Below, in pieces: positions 53,301 to 64,000 of a stretch of DNA of 64,000 nt. The position numbers and the translations under genes are program-made. The notes below the pieces were generated by a model. The model did not search any database. It worked only from the letters and a program-made list of their open reading frames with translations, and was not told the DNA's origin. The DNA is taken from positions 496,001 through 560,000 of the forward strand of contig NOWV01000010.1 of the NCBI GenBank assembly GCA_003344405.1, in the 5' to 3' direction. The stretch's first letter is position 1. The number at the start of each line of letters is the position of its first letter. Origin of the DNA: Trichoplax sp. H2. Its lineage: Eukaryota.

Positions 53301-56196
53301 TAAAATGATAGCAAAATAACTAGATACGCGCATACTTACATAACTGATATAGTCAAATTTATTAAAGGTCTCCAAATCGGTTTGATAAAGGATAGAACTT
53401 TCGTCATAACTAAAATAATTTGCTAAAAATTTACAATCAATCATATAGAAGTTGTTACGCCTTTTCGCATTCAATATCAGGTAAATTTACTTATAATTTC
53501 CTTTATATCACTATAACTTACGGAGAAGAAAGTCGCAAGCTTTATCTTTTAGGTATGATAGCTCCTGCCTATACGGAATAAAAGAGTTTGTATTATGCGT
53601 TTAAAAAGCTTAAAACAGGCAAAAAACGGATATGTTTACAAAAAAACGAATATATTTACAAAAAACTAATGGTTCTTTGCCGGCCATGATGATCGATTAC
53701 ATTTTCTGTCCATATCTTGGCCTTAGTCAGTTGATAGATTCCATTTATTTCTTTAAATTCAAACCGACCACTAGCTGATTCAGTTATCTGTCAACGATCA
53801 AGTACAAGAGTCGAAAAAATATCATAACGCTGTAAATCAGTGTAATTTACGTTCTTAATCGTAGAATCTTCCGTTTGATTTACCTGAGGTACTCCTTTAG
53901 AACTAGAGTAAGCCTTTGAAGGATAAAGCGGTCGATTGCTACAGCGTAAACCAGTATTTATTTTATCGTAACAATTGTTCATAACACGGCATGGATAATA
54001 AGTAACATGGCATCTTCCCCTGATACAAGCCTATCAAATGAATTATCATTTAATTTGCTACCTTATAATGATAGTATGTTTAATATTTAAATTTTAATAA
54101 TGAATTATACTATTACTGTAATAAGCAATGCAGCTATTCTACAAATTGAAATAATAAAATTCAAGGGAAGAAAATACAATGTGAATCACATTTCCATCGC
54201 TTCATAAAGACTAACTATTGCTTACCTCGACCACAGTTACACCCTTCTCAGGATTGCTCTTGATGATACTGTTATTAAATTGTAATAATTCAATAGCTCC
54301 ACGTTTAAGATTTGTGGAGTAATTAATGTCATCTGGGTGAAAATAAAGCCTTTCGCTGATTCCATTTCTATTTTCAATCATCATTGAATAATTAAGCGAA
54401 GTGGAAAATTGCTTTATTCGGTCTGAAGAAGTACTTAAATATTTGTACAGCATCTGTACTGCCGGTTGCACCTTTAAAGTAGTTCAAACAGGGCAAGTTA
54501 ATATTCGACCATAATACAATATATCTCAACAAGTTATTCCAAGTTATAAAAAGAACAGATAGTCTTTCGTTAAAATAATTTTGGTCTAGAATTATTTGCA
54601 ACATGGTTTATTTAACAATGTATAAATTAATAGTAGAGTACTATTAAGTAAGTATACTCTTAAATCCCATTTCTATCACAACCTTAACAGGTCATGGTAA
54701 TTCACGTAATGCTTATAGTAATACATGATACCACAAGACAGATCATCGATAAACTTTCGTAAAAGTGTAAAGTTAATTTAACTTTGTTATAAGCTTGAAT
54801 ATCCCAGTACGAAAATAAATAATTTACAAGTCACGATATAAGAATTATTTGCATAGAATGCCAAATCCACCGCATTGCGAATAGTTAACCACTGAAATTT
54901 ATGGATGAAATTATATATAATCGTATATACAGTACTGTGAATTTATCAAATATATGCAGCCCGTCATTTTATATCAAGGATGTCTACAATATGCAATAAC
55001 TCTAAAATAAATTCTATACATAATTTATAGTATATGATATCAAGGATTTATCATTCCTTTTCTATAATATCATAATTACTACGGTTGAATTTATTGATGT
55101 TAATACGCATAAGCATAGTTGAATGTAGATTAATAATTGATATCGTCTTAGTGACACTTTTACTACCGTTGTAAGAAAGATAATTATTACAGTATTGCAT
55201 TTTACATGCGTATATTAACAGCAAAGTAAATATTATAAGTAATTTTTCATGAAATTCTATCTTATATAAAAATTAAAAGTATACTAAAATTAAATTTCTC
55301 ATAATCTGATTTTTAGTAATAGATGGTTAACTTTTCATTATAAGCCTTTGTTTTACCTGAAAATAAATATTGTTGTCGTCCATCTTTTTCTGATGAATAT
55401 GAAAAAGAAACTCGATACCTCCCTCATTTCCGACACTGTTGCTGAGAACTAGGTCGTAGCGAAACTTTTGACATGGATGCGGCGAGGAATCTAAAATACC
55501 GTATTGGATGCAAAATTTTAAGGTATGTATGAACCTGAATCGAGATTATTTCTTGATTTATGTAATATGCAAAAGTAAACGACTAGATTCTAGATCAGTT
55601 AGGTGTAGTATCTAATTCATATATAGTACTTTTATATGCATACATTATCAAAAGTAATATTTATTGATAAATTATAGAACATGCTATAAGGTAGAGCCCA
55701 ATACTAAAGTCATCTTTTGCCTTTGTGCTCCTTTATTTTTAAGTACCAGATGGAAGAAAATTTTATATACTGCAACTACTACGGTCATTAATTCATGCAT
55801 GCAGAACCATACTATTATATAGAATCTTATATTAATTTGCATGAAAATTATGCACTGAGCACGTTCCGGTTTATTTCTGATCAACTATTCTAATTACACT
55901 AGTACCGGTGTCTATTCTAGGAATAATACAGTCAAATATGAGGTGTGCTATTACGAAATGAACAAATTTTAAAGTGTAAAGAAAAACTGACGTATAAAAA
56001 TTTTCACATTCTACATTCACCAAAGTGTATCAACACACGGCTGAAATGACAGTAATAACAAAATAGATTGGCGTAATCTATTTAACCTAGCTCAGAATAC
56101 CGTAAAGGCAGAAAGCTAATTCTATCTTATCTCACCTATTAAAATAAGAGAACCCAAAATTTGGAAGAGAATTGCAATTATGGCTTTATTCTGCAT
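50313..56196 (-). CDS. Divergent, internally shortened LLTP/vitellogenin-domain paralog (possibly pseudogenising)
   Basis: Signal exon 56136-56196 (MQNKAIIAILFQILGSLILI). In-frame exons 55357-55490, 54226-54471 (ERLYFHPDDINYSTNLKRGAIELLQF) and 53884-54030 (ACIRGRCHVTY), followed by exons whose phases parallel the + strand vitellogenin. ATAPGFPLLL corresponds to PTQIGLPL. The last exon I could resolve is EKFC..RFCF..* ending at 50313. I could not splice 51620-51900 without a stop. Confidence 0.65.
51520..51570 (-). repeat. Coding 12-bp tandem repeat x4 (NEEM)
   Basis: (ttcttcattcat)n on the + strand, translating as INEEMNEEMNEEMNEEL. Confidence 0.85.
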
Positions 56197-56298
56197 ATTA
56201 AACCTGTTGCAAACCGTATCAGTGTTGTGGCATGAAGAAAATGTTTTGATCTGATCTGTGGCAGGTAGTTAAAATTTACACTCTCTTTATAATTTTCA

Positions 56299-56311
56299 CC
56301 CTTTATACTTT
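56299..56311 (-). promoter_or_regulatory. Candidate TATA box for the divergent LLTP paralog
   Basis: The minus strand reads AAGTATAAAGGG ~105 bp upstream of the ATG at 56196, the same spacing as in the vitellogenin-like gene. Confidence 0.4.
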
Positions 56312-56399
56312 TACTATTATGGCTTACCAATGTAGATTACGAATCACAGTGATTTTAGCTTCCGGGCCTTTTATTAAGGCAACATCCTTCAAGAAACCA

Positions 56400-59300
56400 A
56401 TTAATCTATTGTGTTTTAATTTTTGACGACTGGCCATAATTTTGAGATTATGTTAAAAATAGATACAATAAGCATTTTCTTATACATTCTGAGTTTTTTC
56501 AACAATATACAGTACATTCTTCGGTATGAAAAGTCAAGCCTTTGATCTAAATAAGTAATTACGAAGTACTTATACTGTATAACTACGACAATATCTATAT
56601 AAATCACACATCTAATTTTGCAACGTCATTTCCAAATTCGAACAAACCGAGTTTTGAAATACCTATAAAAGTATATGATACTGAAAGATTCTCTCAGCGA
56701 TAATAACACAGTATTTACTACTGAAGGTATATAGAATTTTTCCTCAAAAATGTACGTCATGTTAGTCTATTGACCTACAATAGACCGTGCAAAATTACTC
56801 TAACTGTTTTTAAATACGCCTAATTAGATACAAATAGGAATGATATCTATAGATGGCTTGCCTTTATTTATTTTAAAACGATAAATATATTAATGGATAA
56901 GCAGCTACTTACTGGACTATAAAGGTTACAGCTAGTATACATATTCTTGGTCCGTTTAACTACTTCTAGAATCTGATCAATCTCTTACAATTTCTCAAAG
57001 GCCATAAATCAATACAGAAAATTCCAAACATTCCTCATCAGCTATATTCGGGTGTTGTCCCATTATGGATATCATCTAAATGAATTCAAATTAAAAATTA
57101 ATAACATTTCCATAAACCGACCTGTCACTTGATTATAATTACTACAATAGTCGATAATTCATTTAATCATTAAACTGTCAAAAATTGGCGCCAGAAAAAG
57201 TACCAGCTGTGTCGAAAAATGCACTGTTTATATTTTTTTAGCTTATTTTATCGAGGATGCAACAATTTTAAACTTTGAAGACAATCAATTATTATGCTAT
57301 TATGCAAAGAGGCTGTACGATATTTTGTATCTTTCTCAACCTTGAGGGAAGCACTTTGACCTTTGCTGACACTGAGAATCATGTCAACTTGCTGGGTGTA
57401 CCGTACGTTCGGTAAATCTCTTCTACTGAGATCGTTTTTCACGTAGTCTTTGGCCGTTATTAAAATTTCATTCAAATTATAATATGAGTCATTTCAAACT
57501 TCAAAAGTGCCGGAGTTCGTGCAATTAGTTGTAAAGATCACAAATAATCTACAGAAGATCATTTAACTCAGTAAACTACTTGTAAACGCCTTGTAGTCTA
57601 AATTATCAAATTAACAGCATTTGTGGGCGTAAGTAATGTAGGTATATACTGTACCATACGAGTTGTTTCACATTGCTGAAGTTCCTCCTATATATTGCTA
57701 TTAGTTATGCAAGAGGGTAATTAGTAGGAAGATGATAATGTATTCTGGAGACTGTTGTATCCTCCTGATAGACCCTTTATAACTTAATAATAATTTTATC
57801 CTATCATCTCTATCTTAATACGCAATTGATTCTTTGTTCAGATGTAACGTTTGTCGAGAAAAATTTACACCCGGATAATTATTTATCGTCAAAGTGAATT
57901 TTCGATATGCATTTATTTGCAAAGTATATTTACATTTCTACTATTAATGCCCTTGCCGTATAACCTGCATTTTAGGAGGTAGTTTACCTGTAAAATTGAC
58001 AACAATAGTTGCCATTAACTCGTTATTCAACGTGTAGTCCGTAATTTAATTAATTTGTATTGCTAAGCGATAATGTAATACACGATGTATAAGCATGAGG
58101 CAATTGTTATGACAGACTAATTGTATTCAGAGATCATTGCTGAAAGCATAAAAATTCAATTTTATTATGTAATGTTATTCAAATGTAGTCGCCTGTAATT
58201 AGAATTGTATACAGTTGTATACTATATAATTTTTTTAACTGCTGATACAAGCTGTAAGTACTGTACAAGTATTGATGAATATCACTATAGCTAATCGATA
58301 TAAAATCTCTCCGTCACATGCAATTTTAGAACGTACCTTGAACTGCATATTTTACTTTTCCTTAAGAGCGCATTGTATTCTTTCAATTAAGTCACAGCAT
58401 ATTTGCTTGAAATATCCGATTTTACTTTCACTTTGGTAAAAATTTTATCTATAAGTTTGTTTATAAATTATTTTTATATTATATAATTGATATTAGACGC
58501 ACCTTGGATGCTAGTTATAATACTATATCTGACTTTAAAAATTTCTCATTAGGAAATAAATTTGTCAGATAGTCCCATGATATACAAAACTAAGAGAGCT
58601 TTCTATTAAATAAATTCTCAAGTAAGCATAGACTTATCCACTTATTTTATTTTATTTTACAATCTTAATTTCATTCAGCCGAAAATATAAATTAGGCACC
58701 ATAAAAATCCCATTAAACTTAATTTGTTATCGTGACATTGCACGTAATATTTCCTATTATTGTGATTCATCTCTCCCATTTATTCATTGGAACCATTGAA
58801 TACGGCACGGCACACCTATTGCTATTTTGATTATTTCACATTTCTTATGCAACGTCAATTCCCATGTTTTTCTCTAAACGATTCTCCACCTCACCATGGC
58901 ACAGAGTTAAGATTAATATTACATTAGCAATAGTTAAAATATCAGGCATACTCTGGATTACTTTATGAGCCTCCAATATTTAGTATACTGTATAATAGAG
59001 TGACGATCATAAATTAATACCAGTATAGGGATAAGAATCATTAATTATATATTTTGAAGTTATTAATTATTAATTACAGATAGTGATCATGCGATATATC
59101 GTATGATACTCATCATTAGCCTTAACTATGTCATGAGATCCTAAATAGAGAGATTTGATAAATTTTATTTATTTGTGACAGTATTTATACATTTCTACAT
59201 AATAAATATCATCATATGCATTTATTCTTGCTATGAATTTCTATTTATATCTGGTATCAAATAACAGGGCACATTAATCATAATAACTTTAACTGGATAT

Positions 59301-61770
59301 GTTGTCGTGTAACATATTCGTAATTTAAGTAGTTTTTAAAATTGGCTTCTATTATAATTTATTTATTGCATCATCTTGAAAAACTGATTGATTAGTTTAA
59401 CTATCATTTCTTACACATAGTAAAGCAAAGATAGTCGAGGAAGAAATTCTAACATTAATCTTTGTATTGTTGTTGTCACGTAAGCTAATGTGCCCACTCT
59501 GCATTTTAGAATATTCGATATACTGTAGATCTAGTAGCTTTAAATCGAAAGTAAATCTTACTCCTGTTAATTTCAGGGTAATTCCGCACTAGTCAATTTC
59601 ATGCATAAGTTTACATATTGATGTTCAAATGCGAATTTCATTCTTGATAGACCAAGAATCAATTTAAAAATATAAGGGCTTTGCATTTCATATGAGGTCA
59701 TAGTTTTGTAAAATGAGAATCGGCTGTGAAGAAATGGAACAAATTGATAATTGCGTTAGGATAAAAGTAAAAAGTAAATTCAGCAATTAATAGATTTTAG
59801 TATTTTGGATATAGAACACGTGGCCAAGTATGACCAGTATCTATTAAAGCCAGAAATGGGAAGGAAATAAATGTACTATGATATTTTACGTACAGTCCAG
59901 TATTTTTCGCCTTCATTTTATTAGCAATAAGCATCATCAGAACTTTGAAAATTATATTGAATATGCCAGTAAATTCTTACCTATCTTGTCCTAAACAATG
60001 CTTTAATAATTACCATTTCCTAATCGCTTCGATTTAGTTAAGCTCTGAAGTATAGCGTATTTATCTTTCCGATCATCAATGATGTGTGTAGTAAAATTCA
60101 AAGATAAATTTATTCCGCCTCATACAAATATTAACATTTATGAACTAAATGCCACTTTTACCTTTGCAGTTTACACCATAACTTTGTATTAATTTGGCTT
60201 GAATAACAAAAGTGTTGTTTACTCCTACGGTCGCCAATAATAGCCTTAAACAATTTTGCCAGATCAGCAAAATTTTACTTTTGTCAGTTGTGACTGCTAA
60301 TATTTAGCATTGAATTTAATTTTGTATGGATAATTTGATTCCTATGAAATATGCTATTGAACGTGCATTCGTTTTACTTGAGCTGTAGAAGTTCACTCCC
60401 ACTTCTACTGACAATAATCATTTAAATTCATTTTACCCAAACAATAAAATTTTTTCGGCATATTTATAGCCACTAACAGTCACAAAAATAATTTTGAATT
60501 AGAGATGCCTGAGAAGTCAGTTATATGATGACTTAAGTCTGCCATGCTGTAGAAGTAATTTTAAACTAAATAGCCTCTATTTACCTTAGAAGTAGTTTCT
60601 TTTCTAAAACTGTGAATAATTATGTCGTAACTGTCAATTTTCCCATTTATAGTCCATCATAAACGATATAATCATTATTATACATCAAGGCTGATTAATC
60701 TTTGCTATGTCAAATTATGATGGAATAAATCATAATACATTACACGTGAGAATATAGTACATTATATAAGGACTTTAAACGGGACTTGATTAGTTATAAC
60801 AACTTTCAATAAAACTTTATTAAAACAATGTTGCCTTCTATTGTTATTAATAGTCATCAAGAAGTGACGTGGCATTAAATCAATTTTGCTTCGTAAGCAA
60901 ATCCTAAGCTTTTAATTAAAAATGTTAACAACAGCTTTGAATCAATTTCACGTTAGAAATTATGCTTTACTTGGATGATTGCAAATAACACCGACAATAA
61001 CTTAGGATCCAACTTGCTGTAACGGTTTTAGTCAATGACGTATACCGCCACACTGCAAAAGCAAATTTTACCTCTGTTGGCAGTAACAATAATAGTAATT
61101 TGGAATTAGCATTGTTTTAGAATTCTATGGCGGACCACACCGATCAATTATCACAACGAATAGATTTTGTTGCATAAGCAAATTCTACCTTTACGATGTT
61201 ATTGTTAGCTGTTTTATTAAGTTAATTTTTTGCTTTAAAAGTCAAAGCGTCTGTTCATGGCCGCCTGTACTAATAAACTGTGAACAGCCTTTATTAATTC
61301 TGCGTAAAGGTAATTTATATCTGCATTTACCACTTTTACGATGGAACAGTCTTGACTTGGAAGGTAACCTCTAATAAAAAATAAACGCAACATGAAAAAT
61401 AGTCTATGTGAAACGATGAGATTGTGCACTAGTATACACCGTACCGTGCCACTAAAGTAATGCTAATGAAGACTTTACGCGCTAATGCTTCATAATCCTG
61501 TCTATTTAAATTGCTAAGGCATCACCTGTTGTCTTTGATTACTTCCATTATGCATCTACGTCTAAGAATCGTAAAACATTTGCTAATTTTAGTTTTGACA
61601 TTGAGGAAAAATGCATCCCGCTGATGATGAACTGAGGAAAAAAAATGGAATCCAAATAAATAGATAATGTATTATTGGTTAAAGAATAAGAATTGGAAAT
61701 AAGTGTAAAAATAGAACTCCAGAATGATATCATTGATAGCAACAAGTAAACACCGAGAACTTATCATTTT
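56400..61770 (-). pseudogene. Probable decayed multi-exon gene, possibly a third LLTP-like copy
   Basis: Several exon-like, splice-site-flanked segments are interrupted by stops or frameshifts: a frameshifted signal-like MISSRC/LLLSMISFWSSIFTLI at ~61767, INYLYAE..LTFKAK at ~61230-61320, segments at 59560-59725 and 59980-60135, an in-frame TGA at 57494-57496 inside a ~100-codon frame, and 56940-57075. The family assignment is weak. Confidence 0.35.
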
Positions 61771-63495
61771 TGCTATTTTTTATTCTCTTAACAAGCTATT
61801 ATATAATAGCAGATGAATTGTTGAACAATAAACTAAAAATAGGCGAAATTCCAAGGAAACAGATTGTATTTGATGGTAAAGAAACATCTAGTTATGCCAA
61901 TTTAGCTTGTATGACACAATAACAATCTTCATTAGGACAGTGGGACTGAGCTTAAGCCAGGAGTATAGCGAAAATGAATACAACAACTCATTCATAATCT
62001 ACAATGCACAATTGTTAGTCGGAATTCGAGAGTCTACGTGGATAGTAAAGGCAATCAAATGCATTACGCCGATAATAAGCCGATAATAAGTCGATAACAA
62101 GATCAATTCATGATATAACAACGATCTACTTGAGTACGGCAAAGACGTAAAAGCGTAGAAAGCCTGCTGCTTAATCATTTTCGGTTAATACCGCCATAAC
62201 AGAATACAATAGGATGCTAATTCGTGAAACAATTAGCGAGATTGACAGAACCATCAAGAAATACATAATCCCACATTTGACCATAAAAAACATCAGGACA
62301 AAGCCATGCAAAGACTGATGATGCAATTTAGATCAAGCTTATTATTATACTATGTATTGTACTTGTAAGAATAGCGAATAGAAAAAAATCACCGCCAATT
62401 ACGACGCCGTGATGATCAATAGCTGATTTTGCTGAGTAAGCATTAAATAGTTAGAATAGTTTTCCCGCAAACATTTGTATCACAGTCAATACACGATTTT
62501 AAACTTTAATATGTGAAATTATCAATCCTTGGATGCTCTCTCTATTACATCTTGGCTAATGTATTGTATCTCTGTATATATACATTGACCAGTAACATTG
62601 GTTAAAGTATGCAATGATATACTCTTGCACAGTTCTGCTGATGATTTACCTACTCGTATCGCTCTGAATACTCTAAATTCTGGCTGTCTTCTTAAATTCT
62701 TTAACTTATCAGGCTATTGCTACTTCCTTGAGCCTAATGTATTGCACTCTCAGTAGTAAAATTTAAAATTTATTTTATATGCTGACAGTAGTGAGCATGA
62801 AGCAGATTAAAAATGCTGATATCTTTAAAAGAAGTCACTCGTAAATCAGTGCTCTTCTTTTCCTGAAGTATATCTGCCGTAGATACACGTACATATTAAA
62901 ATCACGATTGCTAGAAAAGAAGGCCACTACAAATAGACTACCAGAAAAAGACCATTCTCTATTAGTCTATATTAACACTTATATGACAAAATAGTATGCG
63001 AATACAAGAGAATCCAAGAAATTATACAATCTACTCGTATACTCGCACAATTGCTACTATATTTGTATATAGACAAAATAATTACCTATTTGTTATCAAC
63101 CCCGTAATGAATAATTACACATTGCAGGGTTGATAATAAAGAGGTACTAATAGGATTAGCAAGACCGTAATATCCTATGTAATAGACAGGAATTTCAATT
63201 CAGCAAAGTTCACTCTTTTGACTGCCGGTACTTTTCGACGAAAAGCCAAGAAGCAATTTCTTGCTAAAATTACGACTATCGTGGCTATCAATATCGCCAT
63301 TTATTACTTGATTCTTTCAATACTAAATCATGATAAATCACTACATGAATAGTCAGTCGTTAATTTAATTTCATTGCGGTAATTATTGTTTGTATGGGCA
63401 CACCTACATCCCTATACAGGTCTGTCAAGATCTACAGTTGTGCCGAGATTTCATCAAAATCATTACAACTTATATCTGTAATGTCTAAGCTTTTA

Positions 63496-63633
63496 TTAAA
63501 CAACGATTTAACTAGTACAATCTTAATGATAGCTTATTATTAAATAGTTCCTACCACGCTAACTTAAACAACAATTTATCTAGTACAATCTTAATGATAG
63601 CTTATTATTAAATAGTTCCTACGGCGCTAACTT
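63496..63633. repeat. 68-bp direct tandem duplication
   Basis: ttaaacaac(g/a)attta(a/t)ctagtacaatcttaatgatagcttattattaaatagttcctac(ca/gg)cgctaac at 63496 and 63564. Confidence 0.9.
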
Positions 63634-64000
63634 CCTATTCCACTAAGCAGTGAATGTGAATACCTGGTAGTAATTACTGCGGACACGTACAGGTTTATGC
63701 AATAAAGATTATTAATTAACAATCTACACCTAAAATCCTAATGTTAATTATAAGGTATCTTTTTCCTTGAAGTATATTCTGTTATTACATAAAAATGGTA
63801 ACAAATTCAATGTCATAGTGATGTCAACTTGCAGCTATAGTAAGCAGTACTACCAATCACCTTAGATGCCATATTACCCCTACCTTGTAACATGTTAACT
63901 GATAAAATTAATATATTGATTTAATTACCGGTCTCACCACCTGTCCAAAAATAATAATTGATTTTACTACACTATTACTAAAAACAGTCGATTCTTAGAG

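Noticed and set aside
57494-57496. In-frame TGA as selenocysteine or programmed readthrough
   Set aside because: Neighbouring exon-like segments carry TAA/TAG stops and frameshifts, and I recognised no SECIS element. Decay is the simpler explanation.

Overview
AT-rich, gene-dense eukaryotic (metazoan) DNA with many short GT-AG introns. The style suggests a compact non-bilaterian genome such as a placozoan; this is an inference and was not verified. Gene order: activin/TGF-beta-type ligand (+, 2 exons); HECTD3 (-) head-to-head with HIAT1/MFSD14 (+); a vitellogenin-like large lipid transfer protein (LLTP) (+); RMI2 (-) head-to-head with HDAC3 (+); HOOK (-); a second, very divergent and internally shortened LLTP paralog (-); and probably a decayed third LLTP-like gene (-). 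The main non-coding signals are (i) dense islands of a TACAG/CTGTA-GTAC motif just upstream of the housekeeping genes, not seen at the TATA-type promoters, and (ii) a ~90-bp tandem array filling the RMI2-HDAC3 bidirectional promoter. Other points: the TGF-beta ligand has no RXXR furin site, and three GC-AG introns are predicted. All gene models were spliced by eye, and small internal exon boundaries are approximate.
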